This document shows, in pieces, positions 63,782 through 64,000 of a DNA stretch of 64,000 nt. Made by a program: the position numbers and the translations under genes. Every line of letters begins with the position of its first letter. The first letter of the stretch is position 1. The notes under the pieces were generated by a model. It ran no database searches, was not told where the DNA came from, and saw only the letters and a list, made by a program, of their open reading frames with translations. This DNA comes from Rhizophagus irregularis (taxonomy: Eukaryota): positions 2,728,001 to 2,792,000 of the forward strand of contig NC_089434.1 in the NCBI RefSeq assembly GCF_026210795.1, given 5' to 3'.

Positions 63782-64000
63782 TAATATAATATAATGTATG
63801 ATATTTCTAATTAATTTATTTTTTTTTCTTTTTTTTTTTATTTGTCGATATCTTTATTTTTTTTCAAGTTTAGCGTTCCAGGAGATTTTATTGAGTGATA
63901 TCAGAATATTCAGTTGTTCTATATTTCCATGTAATTTAAATTTAATAAAATATTTATAAAATGCGTAAGGATTATAAGCTATAAATGAATTAAATTTGAG

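Overview
Very AT-rich eukaryotic DNA with short GT-AG introns, dense transposon debris and many pseudogenes. The gene content (Crinkler-like, BTB/BACK-like, RNase H-bearing LINEs) suggests an arbuscular mycorrhizal fungus such as Rhizophagus; this is an inference. Main contents: (1) a near-full-length LINE (25029-32890, 17-bp TSD) with intact ORF1 and an ORF2 broken only by four in-frame stops, nested inside a Tc1/mariner-like non-autonomous element; (2) two further 5'-truncated LINEs and about ten MITE, hAT or foldback elements; (3) a tandem cluster of a three-exon gene family (four intact copies, one pseudogene) sharing a C-terminal domain and intron phases but with two different Cys-rich N-termini, mostly within a ~7-kb tandem duplication; (4) a two-exon gene built from a duplicated domain, plus its pseudogene. 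The most notable locus is 11408-12620. A decayed DUF4258-like (bacterial toxin-type) sequence runs in frame into an intron-containing, apparently intact tandem-DUF2283 (antitoxin-type) ORF, which looks like a prokaryotic toxin-antitoxin module acquired, fused and spliced in a fungal genome. All family assignments come from motif recognition by eye and need HMM confirmation.
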